From: Mycolicibacterium smegmatis
Lineage (GTDB): Bacteria > Actinomycetota > Actinomycetes > Mycobacteriales > Mycobacteriaceae
NCBI RefSeq assembly: GCF_001457595.1
Contig: NZ_LN831039.1
Coordinates: 2,790,001 to 2,822,000 of the forward strand
Length of the DNA: 32,000 bases
Direction: 5' to 3'
Positions 8,253 through 18,775 of this stretch are shown here, in pieces. The notes under the pieces are model-generated. The model was not told where the DNA came from and did not search any database. It saw nothing but the letters and a program-made list of their open reading frames with translations. The translations under genes were made by a program, and so were the position numbers. Each line of letters begins with the position of its first letter. The first letter of the stretch is position 1.

Positions 8253-9422
8253 TCAGCGCGCAGCGCCGACGAACGGAATCGAGGCAGGCGCGCAGTCGAG
8301 CGCACCGGCGTCGAACAGGCCGCGCTTGCGCAGGATCGGAACAACGCCCTCGCCGAACCAGAACAGCTCCTCGAGGTGCGGGTAACCCGAGAAGATGAAC
8401 TCGTCGATACCGATCTCAGCGTACTCGGCGATCCGGTCGGCGACCTCGGTGTGGCTGCCCACCAGCGCGGTGCCCGCACCGCCGCGCACCAGGCCGACAC
8501 CGGCCCACAGGTTCGGTGCGATCTCCAGACTCCGTGCGTCGCTCCACGTTCCGTTGAGACGGTTGGCCTCGTGCAGCGCCAGCATGCGGCGCTGGCCCTC
8601 GGACTGGCTGCGGGCCAGGCCTTCCTGGGCCTTGCGCACGGTCTCCTCGTCGAGCGCGGCGACCAGCTTGTCGGCCTGCGCCCACGCCTCTTCGGAGGTG
8701 TCACGGGAGATGGTGTGCAACCGGATGCCGAAGCGCAGCTTGCGGCCCTGCTCCTCACCGAGTTTGCGGATCCACTCGATCTTCTCGCGCACGGCCTCCG
8801 GCGGTTCGCCCCAGGTGAGGTACACGTCGGAATGCCGCGCGGCGACCGGGCCCGCCGCGGCCGAGCTGCCGCCGAAGTACAACGGCGGCACCGGATTCGG
8901 GGGCGCGGCGAGCGACGCCTCCTCGACGTCGATGTACTTGCCGCGGTGGGTCACGGTCTCACCGGCCCACAACCGGCGCACGACGTCGAGGAATTCGTCG
9001 CAGCGCGCGTAGCGCTCCTCCTTGTCGAGGTGATCACCGAACGCGCGCTGCTCGTGGGCCTCGCCGCCGACGACGACGTTGAGCAGGATCCGGCCCGGCG
9101 CGTGCTTGGCGAACGTCGCGGCCATCTGCGCCGACAGCGTCGGGCTCACCAGGCCGGGACGGAAGGCCACGAGGAACGCCAGCGACGTGGTCTCGCGCGC
9201 CAGCAGCGCGGCGGTGACGAAGGCGTCCTCACACCAGGCGCCCGTGGGGATCAGTGCACCGGTGAAACCGAATCGCTCGGCCGCCCGGACGATCGACGCG
9301 AGGTAGTCGATGCTGGCCTCGCGATCGCCGCCGGCGGCGCCGAGGGGTGTGCCGTGGCCACCCCCGACGATGAGCCGGCTGTCGCCGTAGGTGGGCAGGA
9401 ACCAGTGCAATGAGACAGTCAC
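8253..9422 (-). CDS. LLM-class flavin-dependent monooxygenase (SsuD/SfnG-like)
   Basis: Track ORF, 389 aa, GTG start. Sequence includes HWFLPTYGDSR...FTGALIPTGAWCEDAFVTAALLA...LLNVVVGGE, typical of the luciferase-like alkanesulfonate monooxygenase family. Confidence 0.8.
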   Translation of the reverse strand: MTVSLHWFLPTYGDSRLIVGGGHGTPLGAAGGDREASIDYLASIVRAAERFGFTGALIPTGAWCEDAFVTAALLARETTSLAFLVAFRPGLVSPTLSAQMAATFAKHAPGRILLNVVVGGEAHEQRAFGDHLDKEERYARCDEFLDVVRRLWAGETVTHRGKYIDVEEASLAAPPNPVPPLYFGGSSAAAGPVAARHSDVYLTWGEPPEAVREKIEWIRKLGEEQGRKLRFGIRLHTISRDTSEEAWAQADKLVAALDEETVRKAQEGLARSQSEGQRRMLALHEANRLNGTWSDARSLEIAPNLWAGVGLVRGGAGTALVGSHTEVADRIAEYAEIGIDEFIFSGYPHLEELFWFGEGVVPILRKRGLFDAGALDCAPASIPFVGAAR

Positions 9423-9486
9423 AAAGAAGTCATTGTGGTTCGGCGCCGCGTCTTACGCACTGGTAAAAATCGCCGTGATTCGAACG

Positions 9487-10197
9487 TCAGCTCGCGCCGA
9501 CGACCCAGATGGCCTCGGCCGCGGGACTGCCCAGGTCGACCGTGGCCTCGGGATCACCCTCGGGCACGGCCGGGTCCTCGATGGCCACCGAGATGGTGCC
9601 CGCGAAATCACGGCGGGCCACCACCCGCAGGCGCGAATCGAGGCTGATGCCGACGCTGTCGAAGTAGCGCAGCATCTCCGGATCGGCGTCGGAGATGCGG
9701 GCCACCGTGCCGGCGTCGCCGTCCTGGCACACCGACAGCTGCCGGGCCGGCGGCGTGGGGACCTGACCGTCGGCGGCCGGGATCGGATCGCCGTGCGGGT
9801 CACGCGTGGGGTGGCCGAGCTTGGCGTCGATGCGGTCGAGCATGCGGTCGGACACCGCGTGCTCGAGGATCTCGGCCTCGTCGTGGACCTCGTCCCAGCC
9901 GTAGCCGAGTTCCTGCACCAGGAACGTCTCCATCAGCCGGTGCCGGCGGACCATTGCGAGCGCGGCGCGCCTGCCGGCGTCGGTCAGGGTGACCGCACCG
10001 TACTTCTCGTGGTGGACCAGACCCTGATCGGCGAGTTTGCGGATCGACTCCGATGCGGTCGACGCCGATACGCCGATGCGTTCGGCCAGCAGTTTCGTGC
10101 TGACCTTCTCGCGAGACCATTCCTGGGCTGTCCAGATCACTTTCAGATAATCCTGGGCAACCGACGAGAGGTCGCGATGGTCACCGTCTGGACTCAC
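9487..10197 (-). CDS. mntR: DtxR-family manganese-dependent transcriptional regulator (SirR/MntR, Rv2788-like)
   Basis: Track ORF, 236 aa, including DYLKVIWTAQEW...STASESIRKLADQGLVHHEKYGAVTLTDAGRRAALAMVRRHRLMETFL plus a C-terminal SH3/FeoA-like domain. TAAACT lies 8 nt upstream of the GTG start. Confidence 0.85.
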   Translation of the reverse strand: MSPDGDHRDLSSVAQDYLKVIWTAQEWSREKVSTKLLAERIGVSASTASESIRKLADQGLVHHEKYGAVTLTDAGRRAALAMVRRHRLMETFLVQELGYGWDEVHDEAEILEHAVSDRMLDRIDAKLGHPTRDPHGDPIPAADGQVPTPPARQLSVCQDGDAGTVARISDADPEMLRYFDSVGISLDSRLRVVARRDFAGTISVAIEDPAVPEGDPEATVDLGSPAAEAIWVVGAS

Positions 10198-10278
10198 AGT
10201 ATGGAAGTTTAGGCAATCATCATTTGATCTGGGGATCTAGAGCCGCCCGCCGCGCGGGCGGGTCGTAGGCTAACTGCT

Positions 10279-11256
10279 GTGCAACGCTGGCGTGGGCAAG
10301 ACGAGATCCCCACGGACTGGGGCCGGTGCGTTCTGACCATCGGGGTGTTCGACGGCGTCCATCGTGGGCATGCGGAGCTGATCAACCACGCGGTCAAGGC
10401 GGGCCGGGCCCGTGGAGTCCCCGTGGTGCTGATGACGTTCGATCCCCATCCGATGGAGGTGGTGTTCCCGGGTAACCACCCGGCGCAGCTGACCACCCTG
10501 ACCCGGCGCGCCGAGCTGGTCGAGGAACTCGGGATCGACGTGTTCCTGGTGATGCCGTTCACCTCCGACTTCATGAAGCTGACCCCTGAGCGCTACATCC
10601 ACGAGCTGCTCGTCGAGCACCTGCACGTCGTCGAGGTGGTCGTGGGGGAGAACTTCACGTTCGGCAAGAAGGCCGCGGGCAACGTCGACATGCTGCGCAA
10701 GGCCGGTGAGCGCTTCGGGTTCGCCGTCGAGGCGATGTCGCTGGTCGCCGAGCATCACCGCAACGAGACGGTGACGTTCTCGTCGACCTACATCCGGGCC
10801 TGCGTCGACGCGGGCGACATGGTCGCCGCGGCCGAGGCGCTGGGCCGTCCCCACCGCGTCGAGGGGGTCGTGGTGCGCGGCGACGGCCGTGGCCGGGTGC
10901 TCGGGTTCCCGACGGCCAACGTGGCACCGCCCATGTACTCGGCGATCCCCGCCGACGGCGTCTACGCGGCCTGGTTCACGGTGCTCGGCCAGGGACCGCA
11001 GGTGGGAACCGTCGTGCCGGGGGAGCGGTATCAGGCCGCGGTGTCGGTGGGGACCAATCCGACGTTCTCGGGCCGCACCCGCACGGTCGAGGCGTTCGTG
11101 CTCGACACGTCTGCCGACCTGTACGGACAGCACGTCGCGGTCGACTTCGTGTCCCGCATCCGCGGCCAGGAGAAGTTCGATTCGGTCGACGACCTCGTGG
11201 TCGCGATGGAACGTGACGTCGAGCGCGCCCGCACGATCCTGCGCGATTCTGTCTAG
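10279..11256 (+). CDS. ribF: Bifunctional riboflavin kinase / FAD synthetase
   Basis: Track ORF, 325 aa, including VLTIGVFDGVHRGHAELI...PTANV...TNPTF. TAGGCT (10266..10271) sits 7 nt upstream of the GTG at 10279 and there is no Shine-Dalgarno, so the transcript is probably leaderless. Confidence 0.93.
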   Translation: MQRWRGQDEIPTDWGRCVLTIGVFDGVHRGHAELINHAVKAGRARGVPVVLMTFDPHPMEVVFPGNHPAQLTTLTRRAELVEELGIDVFLVMPFTSDFMKLTPERYIHELLVEHLHVVEVVVGENFTFGKKAAGNVDMLRKAGERFGFAVEAMSLVAEHHRNETVTFSSTYIRACVDAGDMVAAAEALGRPHRVEGVVVRGDGRGRVLGFPTANVAPPMYSAIPADGVYAAWFTVLGQGPQVGTVVPGERYQAAVSVGTNPTFSGRTRTVEAFVLDTSADLYGQHVAVDFVSRIRGQEKFDSVDDLVVAMERDVERARTILRDSV

Positions 11257-11357
11257 CGGCTGCGGCGCTGCTACACTTCTCGGCGATCCGGCGCATGCTG
11301 CAGGCCGCGGTGGCTGTGTCGAGAATTTGTTCGCGGACCGATTGATGGAGTTGTCTC

Positions 11358-11627
11358 GTGGCGCTTACCGCCGAGCAGAAAAAAGAGATCCTGGGCCAGT
11401 ACGGCCTGCACGACACCGATACCGGCTCCCCGGAGGCGCAGGTCGCGCTGCTGACCAAGCGCATCCAGGACCTCACCGAACACCTCAAGGTGCACAAGCA
11501 CGATCACCACTCGCGGCGCGGTCTGCTGCTGCTCGTGGGTCGTCGCCGTCGCCTGCTGAAGTACGTCGCGCAGGTCGACGTCGCCCGCTACCGCTCGCTC
11601 ATCGAGCGCCTCGGGCTGCGTCGCTGA
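11358..11627 (+). CDS. rpsO: 30S ribosomal protein S15
   Basis: Track ORF, 89 aa: [62 protein letters not shown] Shine-Dalgarno lies upstream of the GTG. A possible TACACT -10 lies about 80 nt upstream. Confidence 0.95.
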
Positions 11628-11638
11628 CGCGGTCCTAG

Positions 11639-12139
11639 GTGGGAACCACATCCGCGGCCGTCCTCGGGGCGGCCGCTGTTCTTTCTTTCGTGGGGTTGAC
11701 CGGGTGCGCATCCTCCGCGGCGTCTGCGGACATGCAGGCGGGGGACTGCCTGGAACTCGGTGGCACCTTCGACCAACCCGAGGCCACCAGGGCTGAGTGC
11801 GGCAGCAAGAAGTCCAACTACAAGGTGGTCCCGACAGTCGCCGACAGCGCCCGGTGTCCCGCCGACGTGGACTCCTATTACACGCTGAGCAGCCGGTTCA
11901 GCGGTGAGACGCACACCGTGTGCATGGATATCGACTGGGTCGTCGGCGGATGCATGAACGTCGACCCGGAGAACAACACCGACCCCTACCGGGTCGACTG
12001 CTCCGATACCGGTGCGCCGCACCGGCAACGGGTCACAGAGGTCCTGGAGGGCATCTCCAACCCCGACCAGTGTGCGACCGGTCTGGGCTACGCGTACGAC
12101 GAGCGACAGTTCACGGTTTGCGTCGAGAATGTCCGCTGA
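11639..12139 (+). CDS. lppU: Cys-rich lipoprotein (LppU/Rv2784c-like)
   Basis: Track ORF, 166 aa, with a signal peptide and lipobox LTGC (AAVLSFVGLTGCASS). It sits between rpsO and pnp as in M. tuberculosis. Confidence 0.75.
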   Translation: MGTTSAAVLGAAAVLSFVGLTGCASSAASADMQAGDCLELGGTFDQPEATRAECGSKKSNYKVVPTVADSARCPADVDSYYTLSSRFSGETHTVCMDIDWVVGGCMNVDPENNTDPYRVDCSDTGAPHRQRVTEVLEGISNPDQCATGLGYAYDERQFTVCVENVR

Positions 12140-12468
12140 GCGCGGGCCCAACCAGCGCCAATGACTGCTGCAGTGGCGTTCAGGCTGTTGCTGCCGTGTA
12201 ACATGAGGGCGTTCGATGGCCGAAGTCTGCTCAGTGGGCGCTCGTTGGTCGTACGAACGTCAGGTGCGACACCCGCGATCCGTGGGTGACGTTCCTGCGA
12301 GTCACGTCAGGGCCAGCCTGATCGGGCGGTCTTCGGTAGTGGCTGCCGGGAATCCAAACAGGTTTATCCCGACAGCTTCGATCGACGGCCGTAGCCGTTC
12401 AAGAGCAGTGGCTTTCTGAGCGTGACGACGCGAAAAAGATGTTGAATTGAAAGAGGCCACTGGACTAA
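12140..12468 (+). promoter_or_regulatory. Long untranslated leader of pnp with a potential long-range helix
   Basis: 329 nt with no convincing CDS; the 67-aa ORF 12216..12419 has no recognisable features. CCAACCAGCGCC (12148..12159) can pair with GGCGCTCGTTGG (12237..12248) at 11 of 12 positions. An AT-richer stretch and an AAGAGG Shine-Dalgarno precede the ATG at 12469. Confidence 0.4.
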
Positions 12469-14760
12469 ATGTCTGTAGTCGAACTTGAAGACGGTGTGTA
12501 CGAATCGACCGCTGTCATCGACAACGGGAGCTTCGGCACCCGCACCATCCGTTTCGAGACCGGGCGCCTCGCCCAGCAGGCCGCCGGCTCCGCCGTCGCC
12601 TACCTCGATGACGAGACCATGCTGCTGAGCGCGACGACCGCCAGCAAGAACCCCAAGGATCACTTCGACTTCTTCCCGCTCACGGTGGACGTCGAGGAGC
12701 GCATGTACGCCGCGGGTCGCATCCCCGGTTCGTTCTTCCGTCGTGAGGGCCGTCCCTCCACCGACGCGATCCTGACCTGCCGTCTGATCGACCGTCCGCT
12801 GCGCCCGTCGTTCGTCGACGGTCTGCGCAACGAGATCCAGGTCGTCGTGACCGTGATGAGCCTGGATCCCAAGGATCTGTACGACGTGCTCGCGATCAAC
12901 GCCGCCTCGATGTCGACGCAGCTCGCCGGTCTGCCCTTCTCGGGCCCCGTCGGCGGCGCCCGCATCGCCCTGATCGACGGCACCTGGGTCGCGTTCCCGA
13001 CCGTCGAGCAGCTCGAGCGCGCCGTGTTCGACATGGTGGTCGCCGGGCGGATTGTCGGAGACGGCGACAGTGCCGATGTGGCGATCATGATGGTCGAGGC
13101 CGAGGCCACCGAGAACGTCGTCGAGCTCGTCGCGGGCGGCGCGCAGGCGCCCACCGAGGCCGTCGTGGCCGAGGGCCTCGAGGCCGCCAAGCCGTTCATC
13201 AAGGCGCTGTGCGCCGCGCAGCAGGAACTGGCCGATCGCGCCGCCAAGCCGGCCGGCGAGTACCCGGTGTTCCCCGACTACGAGGCCGACGTGTACGACG
13301 CGGTGGCCTCGGTGGCCACCGAGGCGCTGGCGGAGGCCCTGACCATCGCGGGCAAGACCGAGCGCAACGACCGCACCGACGAGATCAAGGTCGAGGTGCT
13401 CGAGCGTCTCGCCGAGCCCTACGCCGGGCGTGAGAAGGAGATCGGCGCTGCATTCCGCTCGCTGACCAAAAAGCTTGTGCGCCAGCGCATCTTGACCGAT
13501 CACTTCCGCATCGACGGCCGTGGCATCACCGACATCCGTGCGCTTTCCGCCGAGGTCGCGGTGATCCCGCGGGCGCACGGCAGCGCGCTGTTCGAGCGCG
13601 GCGAGACCCAGATCCTGGGTGTCACCACGCTGGACATGATCAAGATGGCCCAGCAGATCGACTCGCTGGGGCCGGAGAACACCAAGCGTTACATGCACCA
13701 CTACAACTTCCCGCCGTACTCGACCGGTGAGACCGGCCGCGTGGGCTCGCCGAAGCGTCGCGAGATCGGCCACGGCGCGCTGGCCGAGCGGGCGCTGGTG
13801 CCGGTGCTGCCGAGCATCGAAGAGTTCCCGTACGCCATCCGCCAGGTGTCCGAGGCGCTGGGCTCCAACGGCTCGACCTCGATGGGTTCGGTGTGCGCCT
13901 CGACGCTCGCCCTGCTCAACGCGGGTGTGCCGCTGAAGGCTCCGGTTGCCGGCATCGCCATGGGTCTGGTGTCCGACGACGTCGACGTTGACGGCAAGGT
14001 CGAGAAGCGTTACGTCGCCCTCACCGACATCCTCGGTGCCGAGGACGCCTTCGGTGACATGGACTTCAAGGTCGCCGGGACCAAGGACTTCGTGACCGCG
14101 CTGCAGCTCGACACCAAGCTCGACGGCATCCCCTCGCAGGTGCTCGCCGGTGCGTTGAGCCAGGCCAAGGATGCGCGCCTGACCATCCTGGACGTGATGG
14201 CCGAGGCCATCGATCGTCCGGACGAGATGAGCCCGTATGCACCGCGGATCACCACCATCAAGGTGCCCGTGGACAAGATCGGCGAGGTCATCGGCCCCAA
14301 GGGCAAGATGATCAACTCGATCACCGAGGAGACCGGCGCCCAGATCTCGATCGAGGACGACGGCACGGTATTCGTCGGTGCCGCCGACGGGTTGTCGGCG
14401 CAGGCCGCGATCGACAAGATCAACGCGATCGCCAACCCGCAGCTGCCCAAGGTCGGCGAGCGGTTCCTCGGCACGGTCGTCAAGACCACCGATTTCGGTG
14501 CGTTCGTGTCGCTGCTTCCGGGCCGTGACGGGCTGGTGCACATCAGCAAGCTCGGCAAGGGCAAGCGCATCGCCAAGGTCGAAGACGTGGTGAAGGTCGG
14601 TGACAAGCTCCGCGTGGAGATCGCCGACATCGACAACCGCGGCAAGATCTCGCTGGTGCTGGTTGCCGAGGAGTCGGCGGAATCCGCCGAGTCGGCCGGT
14701 GACAAGGGTGCCGAGAAGGCCGAGGGCGCTGCCGCCGATGTCACGCCGGCCGAGGCCTGA
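12469..14760 (+). CDS. pnp: Polyribonucleotide nucleotidyltransferase (PNPase / guanosine pentaphosphate synthetase)
   Basis: Track ORF, 763 aa, with two RNase PH domains, KH ([12 protein letters not shown]) and S1 ([15 protein letters not shown]) domains, and an acidic tail. Confidence 0.97.
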   Translation: MSVVELEDGVYESTAVIDNGSFGTRTIRFETGRLAQQAAGSAVAYLDDETMLLSATTASKNPKDHFDFFPLTVDVEERMYAAGRIPGSFFRREGRPSTDAILTCRLIDRPLRPSFVDGLRNEIQVVVTVMSLDPKDLYDVLAINAASMSTQLAGLPFSGPVGGARIALIDGTWVAFPTVEQLERAVFDMVVAGRIVGDGDSADVAIMMVEAEATENVVELVAGGAQAPTEAVVAEGLEAAKPFIKALCAAQQELADRAAKPAGEYPVFPDYEADVYDAVASVATEALAEALTIAGKTERNDRTDEIKVEVLERLAEPYAGREKEIGAAFRSLTKKLVRQRILTDHFRIDGRGITDIRALSAEVAVIPRAHGSALFERGETQILGVTTLDMIKMAQQIDSLGPENTKRYMHHYNFPPYSTGETGRVGSPKRREIGHGALAERALVPVLPSIEEFPYAIRQVSEALGSNGSTSMGSVCASTLALLNAGVPLKAPVAGIAMGLVSDDVDVDGKVEKRYVALTDILGAEDAFGDMDFKVAGTKDFVTALQLDTKLDGIPSQVLAGALSQAKDARLTILDVMAEAIDRPDEMSPYAPRITTIKVPVDKIGEVIGPKGKMINSITEETGAQISIEDDGTVFVGAADGLSAQAAIDKINAIANPQLPKVGERFLGTVVKTTDFGAFVSLLPGRDGLVHISKLGKGKRIAKVEDVVKVGDKLRVEIADIDNRGKISLVLVAEESAESAESAGDKGAEKAEGAAADVTPAEA

Positions 14761-16087
14761 TCAGGCGTCATCGGCTTCATCGTTGACCGAGACCAGACTG
14801 GAAACGTCGCAGGTCCGCCGGACCACGCTGCCCGGCGGACTTCGCGTCGTCACCGAATATCTCCCGTACGTGCGCTCGGCGTCGGTGGGGGTGTGGGTTG
14901 GTGTCGGTTCCCGTGACGAGGGACGCAGCGTCGCGGGCGCCGCGCACTTCCTGGAGCACCTGCTGTTCAAGTCGACGCCGACCCGCACGGCCGTGGACAT
15001 CGCCCAGACGGTCGACGCGGTCGGCGGTGAGCTGAACGCGTTCACCGCGCGTGAGCACACGTGCTACTACGCGCATGTGCTGGATTCCGATCTGGAACTC
15101 GCGGTCGACCTCGTGGCCGATGTGGTGCTGCGTGGCCGCTGCGCGGCCGAGGACGTCGAGGTCGAGCGCGACGTGGTGCTCGAGGAAATCGCGATGCGCG
15201 ACGACGACCCCGAGGACACCCTCGGCGACGTCTTCCTCTCTGCGATGTTCGGTGACCATCCCGTCGGCAGGCCCGTGATCGGCAGTATCGAGTCCATCTC
15301 GGAAATGACTCGGGCCCAACTGCATTCGTTCCACGTCCGGCGCTACACGCCGGACCGCATGGTGCTCGCGGTGGCAGGCAACGTCGACCACGACGAGGTC
15401 GTCGCCCTGGCCCGTGAACATTTCGGCAGGCGATTGGTCCAGGGACGCGACGCCGTGCCGCCCCGCAAGGGCAGCGGCCGGGTGCCGGGCCGGCCGTCGC
15501 TGCGCGTCGTCGAACGCGACGGCGAGCAGACCCACGTGTCGCTCGGGGTCCGCACACCGGGCCGGCACTGGGAACACCGTTGGGCGCTCTCGGTTCTCAA
15601 CACCGCACTCGGTGGGGGACTGAGTTCGCGTCTGTTCCAGGAGATCCGCGAGACCCGCGGACTGGCGTACTCGGTGTACTCCACCGTCGACACCTTCTCC
15701 GACAGCGGTGCGCTGTCGATATACGCCGGATGCCTGCCGGAGCGGTTCGAGGAGGTCGTGCGGGTGACCACCGACGTTTTGGAAACCGTTGCCCGTGACG
15801 GCATCAGCGAGAACGAGTGCCGGATCGCCAAGGGTTCGCTGCGCGGCGGTCTGGTGCTCGGCCTTGAGGATTCCGCGTCGCGCATGCACCGGATCGGCCG
15901 CGCAGAACTGAACTACGGCGAGCACCGCAGCATCGAGCAGACGCTCGCGCAGATCGATGCGGTGACCCTCGACGAGGTCAACGCGGTGGCGCGGCAACTG
16001 CTGACGCGCGACTACGGCGCTGCCGTGCTCGGCCCCGACACGGCGAAAGTGGCGCTGCCGCAACGTCTTCAGGATATTGCCAGCTGA
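14738..16087 (+). CDS. pepR: M16-family zinc metallopeptidase
   Basis: Track ORF 14600..16087, trimmed. The HFLEHLLFK (HxxEH) zinc motif is present. Start chosen at ATG 14738 (MSRRPRPDQ...), overlapping the pnp end by 23 nt. An alternative TTG at 14783 cannot be excluded. Confidence 0.85.
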   Translation: MSRRPRPDQASSASSLTETRLETSQVRRTTLPGGLRVVTEYLPYVRSASVGVWVGVGSRDEGRSVAGAAHFLEHLLFKSTPTRTAVDIAQTVDAVGGELNAFTAREHTCYYAHVLDSDLELAVDLVADVVLRGRCAAEDVEVERDVVLEEIAMRDDDPEDTLGDVFLSAMFGDHPVGRPVIGSIESISEMTRAQLHSFHVRRYTPDRMVLAVAGNVDHDEVVALAREHFGRRLVQGRDAVPPRKGSGRVPGRPSLRVVERDGEQTHVSLGVRTPGRHWEHRWALSVLNTALGGGLSSRLFQEIRETRGLAYSVYSTVDTFSDSGALSIYAGCLPERFEEVVRVTTDVLETVARDGISENECRIAKGSLRGGLVLGLEDSASRMHRIGRAELNYGEHRSIEQTLAQIDAVTLDEVNAVARQLLTRDYGAAVLGPDTAKVALPQRLQDIAS

Positions 16088-16105
16088 TCCGCTAGATTGG
16101 GTCGG

Positions 16106-16987
16106 ATGATGAATCTCTCACGACGCAGTGTGTTGATCGGATCCCTGGCAGTGATGGCGGCCGCCGGTGTGCGTATGCCGACGGCTTCCGCCGCTCCCGT
16201 CGACGACCGGATCGCCGATCTCGAACGACGGAACAACGCATCCATCGGCATCTACGCCGTCGACCTCGATTCGAACCGTACGGTCGCGCACCGCGCCGAC
16301 GACTCGTTCGCGATGTGCTCGACGTTCAAGGCCTACCTCGCGGCCCGGATCCTGCGGGGCGCCGAGCGCGGCGAGTTGTCGCTGGACGATCGTGTCTTCG
16401 TGGATCCCGCGGCGCTGCTGAGCAACTCGCCGATCACCGAGACACACGCAGGCGGCGAGATGACGCTGGCCGAGTTGTGCCAGGCGGCACTGCAGCGCAG
16501 CGACAACGCCGCGGCCAACCTGTTGCTCAAGCAGATCGGCGGGCCGGCCGAGATCACCGCGTTCGCGCGGTCGATCGGCGACCAGCGCACACGCCTGGAC
16601 CGCTGGGAGACCGAACTGAACTCGGCGGTGCCCGGCGATCCGCGTGACACCAGCACCCCGGCCGCGCTGGCCGGTGGTTTCCGCGCCGTGCTGACCGGCG
16701 ACGTGCTGGCCCCGCCGCAGCGTCAATTGCTCGACGAGTGGATGCGGGCCAACGAGACCTCCAGCCTGCGTGCGGGTTTGCCGGACGGCTGGACCAGTGC
16801 CGACAAGACCGGCAGCGGCGACTACGGATCCACCAACGATGTGGGTATCGCCTACGGCCCGCAGGGGCAGCGCATCCTGCTGGCGTTGATGGTGCGGACG
16901 CGCGGCGACGATCCGAACGCGGACGGGTTCCGGCCCCTCATCGGGGAACTCACCGCGCTGGTGCTGCCCGAACTCGGCGTGCACTGA
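16106..16987 (+). CDS. blaS: Class A beta-lactamase with Tat signal peptide
   Basis: Track ORF 16097..16987, trimmed to ATG 16106. Ambler motifs are present: STFK, SDN, E in RWETELN, and KTG. Twin-arginine leader [27 protein letters not shown] (16093..16098) lies 7 nt upstream of the ATG with no Shine-Dalgarno. The symbol is assigned by resemblance to the M. smegmatis enzyme, from memory. Confidence 0.88.
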   Translation: MMNLSRRSVLIGSLAVMAAAGVRMPTASAAPVDDRIADLERRNNASIGIYAVDLDSNRTVAHRADDSFAMCSTFKAYLAARILRGAERGELSLDDRVFVDPAALLSNSPITETHAGGEMTLAELCQAALQRSDNAAANLLLKQIGGPAEITAFARSIGDQRTRLDRWETELNSAVPGDPRDTSTPAALAGGFRAVLTGDVLAPPQRQLLDEWMRANETSSLRAGLPDGWTSADKTGSGDYGSTNDVGIAYGPQGQRILLALMVRTRGDDPNADGFRPLIGELTALVLPELGVH

Positions 16988-16992
16988 CGAAA

Positions 16993-17025
16993 ATCGCCCG
17001 GCCGGAACGGTTCCGGCCGGGCGAT
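16993..17025. terminator. Bidirectional stem-loop terminator between convergent blaS and ald
   Basis: ATCGCCCGGCCGGAAC-g-GTTCCGGCCGGGCGAT, with perfect 16-nt arms. It starts 6 nt after the blaS stop and ends 14 nt before the ald stop. Confidence 0.8.
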
Positions 17026-17038
17026 CACGGTTCGGTTG

Positions 17039-18154
17039 TTACGCCAGGAACTGTGCCGCGTCGGTGAACGGCAGGTCCAGATCCTTGGCGACGGCCTCGG
17101 ACAGCAGCTTGCCGTCGTGGGTCGAGAGACCCTTGGCCAGTGCGGAATCCGACGCACACGCGGCCTGCCAGCCCTTGTCGGCGAGCTTGAGCACGTACGG
17201 CATGGTCGAGTTGGTCAGCGCGAACGTCGACGTGCGCGGCACCGCGCCGGGCATGTTGGCCACGCAGTAGAAGATCGTGTCGTGGACCTTGAACGTGGGC
17301 TCGTCGTGCGTGGTGGGCCGCGAGTCCTCGAAGCAGCCACCCTGGTCGATCGCGATGTCGACCAGCACCGCACCCGGCTTCATGTGCGCGACAGTCGAAT
17401 TGGTCACCAGTTTCGGCGCTTTGGCGCCGGGCACCAGGACTGCGCCGATCACCAGGTCGGCCTTCTTGACCGCTTCTTCGAGTTCGAGGCTCGACGAGTA
17501 GCGGGTCTCGATGCGTCCGCCGAACTCGCCGTCGACGCGGCGCAACGTGTTGATGTTGAGATCGAACACCGTCACGTGGGCGCCCATGCCCGCAGCGACA
17601 CGCGCGGCGTTGTAGCCGGCGGTGCCTGCGCCGATCACGACGACCTCGGCAGGCGCGACACCCGGGACGCCGCCCATCAGGACGCCACGGCCACCGTAGC
17701 TGCGCATGAGGTGGTAGGCGCCGACCTGGGCCGAGAGCCGGCCGGCGACCTCGCTCATCGGCGCGAGCAGGGGCAGCGCGCCCTCGGCGGTCTGCACGGT
17801 CTCGTAGGCGATCGACGTGGTGCCGGACGCCAGCAGCGCGTCGGTGCACGGCTTGGACGCCGCGAGGTGCAGGTAGGTGAACAGGGTCTGGCCCTTGCGC
17901 ATCCGCGAGTACTCGGGCTCGATCGGTTCTTTCACCTTGAGCAGCAGTTCTGCTTCCGACCAGACCTGGTCGGCGGTGTTGACGATCTCGGCGCCCGCCG
18001 CCTTGAAGTCGCGATCCGAGATGGCCGAGCCCTCACCGGCACCGGCCTGGATGATCACCTCGTGACCTCTGCGGGTCAGCTCTGCCACACCAGCCGGGGT
18101 GATGGCGACCCGGTACTCGTTGTTCTTGATCTCGGTCGGGATTCCGACGAGCAT
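17039..18154 (-). CDS. ald: L-alanine dehydrogenase
   Basis: Track ORF 17039..18265, trimmed to ATG 18152..18154 ([33 protein letters not shown]...). A GAAGGAG Shine-Dalgarno lies 6 nt upstream. The Rossmann motif [13 protein letters not shown] is present. Confidence 0.95.
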   Translation of the reverse strand: MLVGIPTEIKNNEYRVAITPAGVAELTRRGHEVIIQAGAGEGSAISDRDFKAAGAEIVNTADQVWSEAELLLKVKEPIEPEYSRMRKGQTLFTYLHLAASKPCTDALLASGTTSIAYETVQTAEGALPLLAPMSEVAGRLSAQVGAYHLMRSYGGRGVLMGGVPGVAPAEVVVIGAGTAGYNAARVAAGMGAHVTVFDLNINTLRRVDGEFGGRIETRYSSSLELEEAVKKADLVIGAVLVPGAKAPKLVTNSTVAHMKPGAVLVDIAIDQGGCFEDSRPTTHDEPTFKVHDTIFYCVANMPGAVPRTSTFALTNSTMPYVLKLADKGWQAACASDSALAKGLSTHDGKLLSEAVAKDLDLPFTDAAQFLA

Positions 18155-18249
18155 GATCGCTCCTTCAGAAGGGGTAATGTCACCTCTAAGTGTGAAGAAC
18201 CTTCGAATTGTGAGCAATATCTGTGTCGAAAATTCGTTAGGATTGTGCC
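18155..18249. promoter_or_regulatory. AT-rich divergent ald / aldR control region
   Basis: GC is visibly lower here. Inverted repeat CGAATT (18204..18209) / AATTCG (18231..18236) plus TTCGAA-type half sites. TAGGAT (18238..18243) lies 6 nt upstream of the aldR GTG. Lrp/AsnC-type AldR is known to bind upstream of ald in mycobacteria. I could not place a specific consensus. Confidence 0.5.
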
Positions 18250-18765
18250 GTGAGTGAAGGATCATCGATCACGGGCGTCCAAACGCCCGGTTCGCCGAAG
18301 GATGTTCGGGCCCGCGACCTCGACGACATCGACCGCCGCATTTTGCTGGCGTTGCACGACGATGCACGCATACCCAACAGTGCGCTGGCCGAGATGGTCG
18401 GGATAGCTCCGTCGACGTGCCACGGACGCGTTCGCCGGTTGCAGGAGATCGGTGTGATCCGCGGGTTCTACACCGACATCGACCCTGCGGCCGTCGGTCT
18501 GGGCTTGCAAGCGATGATCTCGGTGAGCCTGCAATCCAACGCGCGCGGCAAGATCCGCAGCTTCATCGCGCATATTCGGACCCGGCCTCAAGTGATGGAT
18601 GTGTACTTCCTCGCCGGCGGCGACGACTTCATCCTGCACGTGGCCGCCCGCGACACCGAGGATCTCCGGAAGTTCGTGGTGGAGAACCTCAATGCCGACT
18701 CCGATGTGGCGGGCACACAGACGTCGCTGATCTTCGAACACCTGCGGGGCGCGTCGCCGCTGTGA
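18250..18765 (+). CDS. aldR: Lrp/AsnC-family transcriptional regulator (alanine-responsive regulator of ald)
   Basis: Track ORF, 171 aa, with HTH_AsnC (DDIDRRILLALHDDARIPNSALAEMVGIAPSTCHGRVRRLQEIGVIRGF) and a RAM/AsnC_trans_reg domain. It is divergent from ald, as Rv2779c is from Rv2780. Confidence 0.85.
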   Translation: MSEGSSITGVQTPGSPKDVRARDLDDIDRRILLALHDDARIPNSALAEMVGIAPSTCHGRVRRLQEIGVIRGFYTDIDPAAVGLGLQAMISVSLQSNARGKIRSFIAHIRTRPQVMDVYFLAGGDDFILHVAARDTEDLRKFVVENLNADSDVAGTQTSLIFEHLRGASPL

Positions 18766-18775
18766 TCGTGTGTGG

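Noticed and set aside
10204-10274. DtxR/IdeR iron-box-like fragments (TTTAGGCAATC and TAGGCTAAC) in the mntR-ribF intergenic region
   Set aside because: No 19-bp palindrome can be assembled. TAGGCT at 10266..10271 is better explained as the ribF -10 hexamer, and the same hexamer recurs upstream of dapB and pptH. The CCGCCCG-N5-CGGGCGG hairpin at 10243..10261 was noted, but I have no functional argument for it.
12216-12419. 67-aa ORF in the pnp leader
   Set aside because: It has no Shine-Dalgarno or leaderless-type -10 and no recognisable domain. It lies in a region better explained as a structured 5' UTR.
12364-14541. 725-aa ORF on the minus strand, the longest antisense ORF in the track. 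Similar cases are 14777..16063, 17036..18253, 1946..3718, 7417..8385, 8376..9413, 10270..11133, 4441..5382 and 5582..6481.
   Set aside because: Each lies antisense to, or out of frame within, a gene with an unmistakable conserved product (pnp, pepR, ald, the CocE hydrolase and others). Their translations are Arg/Gly/Ala/Pro/Val-rich low-information strings, typical of stop-poor alternative frames in high-GC DNA.
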